Source of the DNA: Armatimonadota bacterium
GTDB taxonomy: Bacteria; Armatimonadota; UBA10988
Direction of reading: 5' to 3'
Assembly (NCBI GenBank): GCA_016235455.1
Contig: JACRKZ010000063.1
Span: 1 to 41,785, forward strand
DNA length: 41,785 nucleotides
The notes under the pieces were generated by a model that ran no database searches, was not told where the DNA came from, and saw only the letters and a program-made list of their open reading frames with translations. Each line of letters opens with the position of its first letter. Position 1 is the first letter of the stretch. This document shows positions 39,485-41,785 of the stretch, piece by piece. The position numbers and the translations under genes were made by a program.

Positions 39485-40023
39485 CCCCGCACATCCTGTG
39501 GCCACTCGCCGATCAGTTCGGCCATCCGCGCCAATTCGCCGGCATACAGCGCTCGCGTGGCCTCTTCGTAGCCGGGCAGGTTGCCGCCCATGGTGGTCAT
39601 GAAGCGGTTGGCCGCATCACGCGCGGCGCGCACCGCGTCGTCGGGAGCGGCCTGGCGCATGGCGGCCTCCACCAGCTTGCGCAACGCCGCGGAGGCGCCG
39701 CTGGGCTGCTGCTCGAGCCACTCCCAGTGCCGCGGCAGCAGCGTCACCTCGCGCGCCGTGACGCCCAGTTTGGGCCGGCCAGGTCCGCTGCGTGGCGCGG
39801 GCTCGGCGAACAGCGGGTGCCGCGCCAGCCGCTCGATCACCTCGTCGGCCGTGCCGCGCAGGTCGAAATCCACCTGCCGCGCGGTCGTGTCGTCGAAGAT
39901 GAGCAGGCGGTCGCGCGCCGATTCGGCGGCCTGCGCCTTGACCGCGCGCAACATGGCCCGCACCTCGCCCGTGGCGATGCGCTGCTCACCCACAAATGCC
40001 GTGTACGTTCGTTCGCGCTCCAT
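39454..40023 (-). CDS. DUF2239 family protein
   Basis: YTAF.G...IA.G, LLIFDD.T.RQVDFDLRG, GPGRPKLGVTAREVTLLPRHWEWL..QP.GASAALRKLV, GNLPGYEEA.RALYA. Confidence 0.9.
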   Translation of the reverse strand: MERERTYTAFVGEQRIATGEVRAMLRAVKAQAAESARDRLLIFDDTTARQVDFDLRGTADEVIERLARHPLFAEPAPRSGPGRPKLGVTAREVTLLPRHWEWLEQQPSGASAALRKLVEAAMRQAAPDDAVRAARDAANRFMTTMGGNLPGYEEATRALYAGELARMAELIGEWPQDVRGYALRLATVD

Positions 40024-40043
40024 GGTCGTCTCCGCCTGCGCTT

Positions 40044-40087
40044 ATTTTACCCGGATAATATGACCTGTCAATATCATCCGGGTGAAA
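40044..40087 (-). promoter_or_regulatory. Promoter of the DUF2239 gene overlaid by an inverted pair of operator-like boxes
   Basis: Minus strand TTGACA (40071-40066), 16 nt, TAAAAT (40049-40044). Boxes TTTTACCCGGATAATA (40045-40060) and TATCATCCGGGTGAAA (40072-40087) match 14/16 as an inverted repeat. Confidence 0.75.
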
Positions 40088-40254
40088 TGGTGGGCCAAGG
40101 AGCGCCAAGCGCCGGCTTGGCACGTCACCCACATCACCTACCGGCATGGCTCGGACGGCCGGGTGCCAAGCTGGTGCTTGCCGCTCCCTGTGCCGTAACT
40201 GGCGGCGGCGCTGTTACGTTGCTACACTTGGGGTACAGGGCCGGGAGGATCGGC

Positions 40255-41241
40255 ATGGACAGGGGAGATCGCTGGTGGCAGTCGCCGTGGGCGATCGGCG
40301 TTGCGGTCAGCCTCATGCTCGGCTGCTGGCAGGTGGTCGATCGTGTCCGCGGCGGAAAGCCCTCAACGCACTCCGCCGAGTGTGCGTACGCCGTGTCGCC
40401 CGACGGCCAGGCCGTCGCCTACACGGGTGTGGGCGATGGCGGCACCGACCTCTGTCTGGCTGAGGTCGCCACGGGCCGGGTCACGGTCTTGGCCAAGACG
40501 CCTGAACTGGAGATCAGCCCGTGCTTCTCGCCCGACGGGCAACGCCTTGTGTTCGGTCGTGCGCGCGGTGAGTACGACGGCGCCGGCCTGTGGCTGCGCG
40601 ACCTGGCCACGGGCCAAGAGCAGCGGCTGACGCGCGGCGGCAAGTGGCATGACTGGCAGCCATCGTTCAGTGCCGACGGTCGAACGCTGCTGTTCACGCG
40701 GCGCAAGTGGCGGTCGGCCCATGTGCGCTCCCGGTATGCTCCCTGCCGGCTCTTCACGATGCGGCTCGGCGGCAAGCCCGTGGCCAGTGCCTTACCCGAG
40801 TGCACGTATCTGGCCGCGCCACGGTTCGTAGCGGCCGGTCGCTGGAGCGGGCAGGTGCTGGTGGGGGTGGTGCGCACCGATGCCGACATGCTGCGGCCCG
40901 GCCTGATCGACAGCGCGGGCCGACTCACCTGGTTGCCAGACCTGCCCGACGCAAGCGGAGTGGCCGCGGTAACTGGCGATGGCACGACCCTGTACTGCCA
41001 GGTGCGGCGCAAGCTGCCGGCCGACGAGGTGGTTCACCCACCGGAGCCGTCGGCGCCGGGCGCGTCAACGGAGGACGACACGGTCGACCTTGTGCGCGTA
41101 GACCTTGATACGGGTCGCCGCACCGTGCTGGCGCGTGGGTTCGAGGGCCACTGGTCCGCCAAGCCATCTGCTGTGCTGTGGAAGCCGTTGTTCCATGGCG
41201 GCGGCCCACGGCCTCGGCCGCTGGCTCCGCGCTGGTGGTGA
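40255..41241 (+). CDS. TolB-like (PD40 repeat) membrane-anchored protein
   Basis: ATG after GGGAGG and an extended -10 TGCTACACT (40220-40228). N-terminal TM; VSPDGQAVAY, PCFSPDGQRLVF, QPSFSADGRTLLF. Confidence 0.78.
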   Translation: MDRGDRWWQSPWAIGVAVSLMLGCWQVVDRVRGGKPSTHSAECAYAVSPDGQAVAYTGVGDGGTDLCLAEVATGRVTVLAKTPELEISPCFSPDGQRLVFGRARGEYDGAGLWLRDLATGQEQRLTRGGKWHDWQPSFSADGRTLLFTRRKWRSAHVRSRYAPCRLFTMRLGGKPVASALPECTYLAAPRFVAAGRWSGQVLVGVVRTDADMLRPGLIDSAGRLTWLPDLPDASGVAAVTGDGTTLYCQVRRKLPADEVVHPPEPSAPGASTEDDTVDLVRVDLDTGRRTVLARGFEGHWSAKPSAVLWKPLFHGGGPRPRPLAPRWW

Positions 41242-41292
41242 GGGCGCCGTAGTGCTGCTGATGTCTTGATGGGAGCGCCGGAGGGTAGCGCG

Positions 41293-41573
41293 ATGGCAGA
41301 CGGTCCGTTGGCACGCAAGCGCCCGCTTGGGGCCCGCCGCAAGGCACGCCGCGCCGCCGTCGGGGTCGCGCTGTTCGTGCTCTACGAGCTCTTCATGGAC
41401 GGGTCGCGCGACCTGAGCCGTCGGTACCTGTCGCCACGCCGCTGGCGATCGGTGCTTTCGCGCTGCTGGCCACCGCGGTCTGGCGCGCACTGTTGCGGCG
41501 CGAGGCGCTCGACTTCCCCGAGCCCACACAGCATGTCTACCTGATGCCGGGCGGTGGCATCGCACGGAGGTAG
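41293..41573 (+). pseudogene. Small membrane protein gene, apparently frameshifted near 41405-41415
   Basis: GGAGGG RBS and MADG...AAVGVALFVLYELF. A second hydrophobic segment (PLAIGAFALLATAVWRALL...GGGIARR*) lies in another frame with strong GC3 bias. Confidence 0.45.
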
Positions 41574-41577
41574 GCCA

Positions 41578-41609
41578 TGGCGGGCGGCCCAGGTTCGGGA
41601 GGCCCGCCA
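41578..41609. terminator. GC-rich hairpin between convergent genes
   Basis: TGGCGGGC...GCCCGCCA outer stem with a CCC/GGG inner pair. Confidence 0.45.
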
Positions 41610-41619
41610 CACCCCACCG

Positions 41620-41784
41620 CTACATGTACCGCCCCCGCAACGCTGCGCAGTTGAGCACCTTCTCGCGCAGGTCGTTGGTGGTATAGGCGTAGTGGTTGGT
41701 CGCCTCGAAACCCAACCGTGAATCGGCCCGTGCCAGCTCGCACAGTGTCTTGGCCACGGCGATCTCCTCATCGAGAATGGCCAG
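41620..41784 (-). CDS. 3' end of a conserved hypothetical protein (runs off the window)
   Basis: LAILDEEIAVAKTLCELARADSRLGFEATNHYAYTTNDLREKVLNCAALRGRYM*. High-GC3 codon pattern; not in the ORF track. Confidence 0.7.
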   Translation of the reverse strand: MAILDEEIAVAKTLCELARADSRLGFEATNHYAYTTNDLREKVLNCAALRGRYM

Positions 41785-41785
41785 C

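Overview
High-GC (roughly 70%) bacterial chromosomal segment. The prepilin/DUF1559/H-X9-DG protein style suggests Armatimonadota (inference). It holds a housekeeping xerC-hslV-hslU operon and a long run of secreted or carbohydrate-active genes (GH38, GH16, PL22-like, sulfatase, SGNH esterase, NHL/FlgD beta-propellers). It also has several sets of tandem lineage-specific paralogs and at least four families of REP-like palindromes. The most unusual items are: (1) a DUF559 (Vsr-like) endonuclease nested at a non-canonical position in a splicing-dead intein/Hint scaffold, with a palindromic repeat inside its own coding sequence and long direct repeats around it (33603-34818); (2) an orphan T6SS Hcp-family tube protein with a lipoprotein signal peptide (28726-29403); (3) four frameshifted genes, one explained by an exact 7-bp duplication; (4) leaderless-type promoters for xerC and a GNAT gene; (5) a two-box operator over the promoter of a DUF2239 gene. 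I recognised no rRNA, tRNA, CRISPR array or transposase. All family calls come from motif recognition by eye, not database searches.
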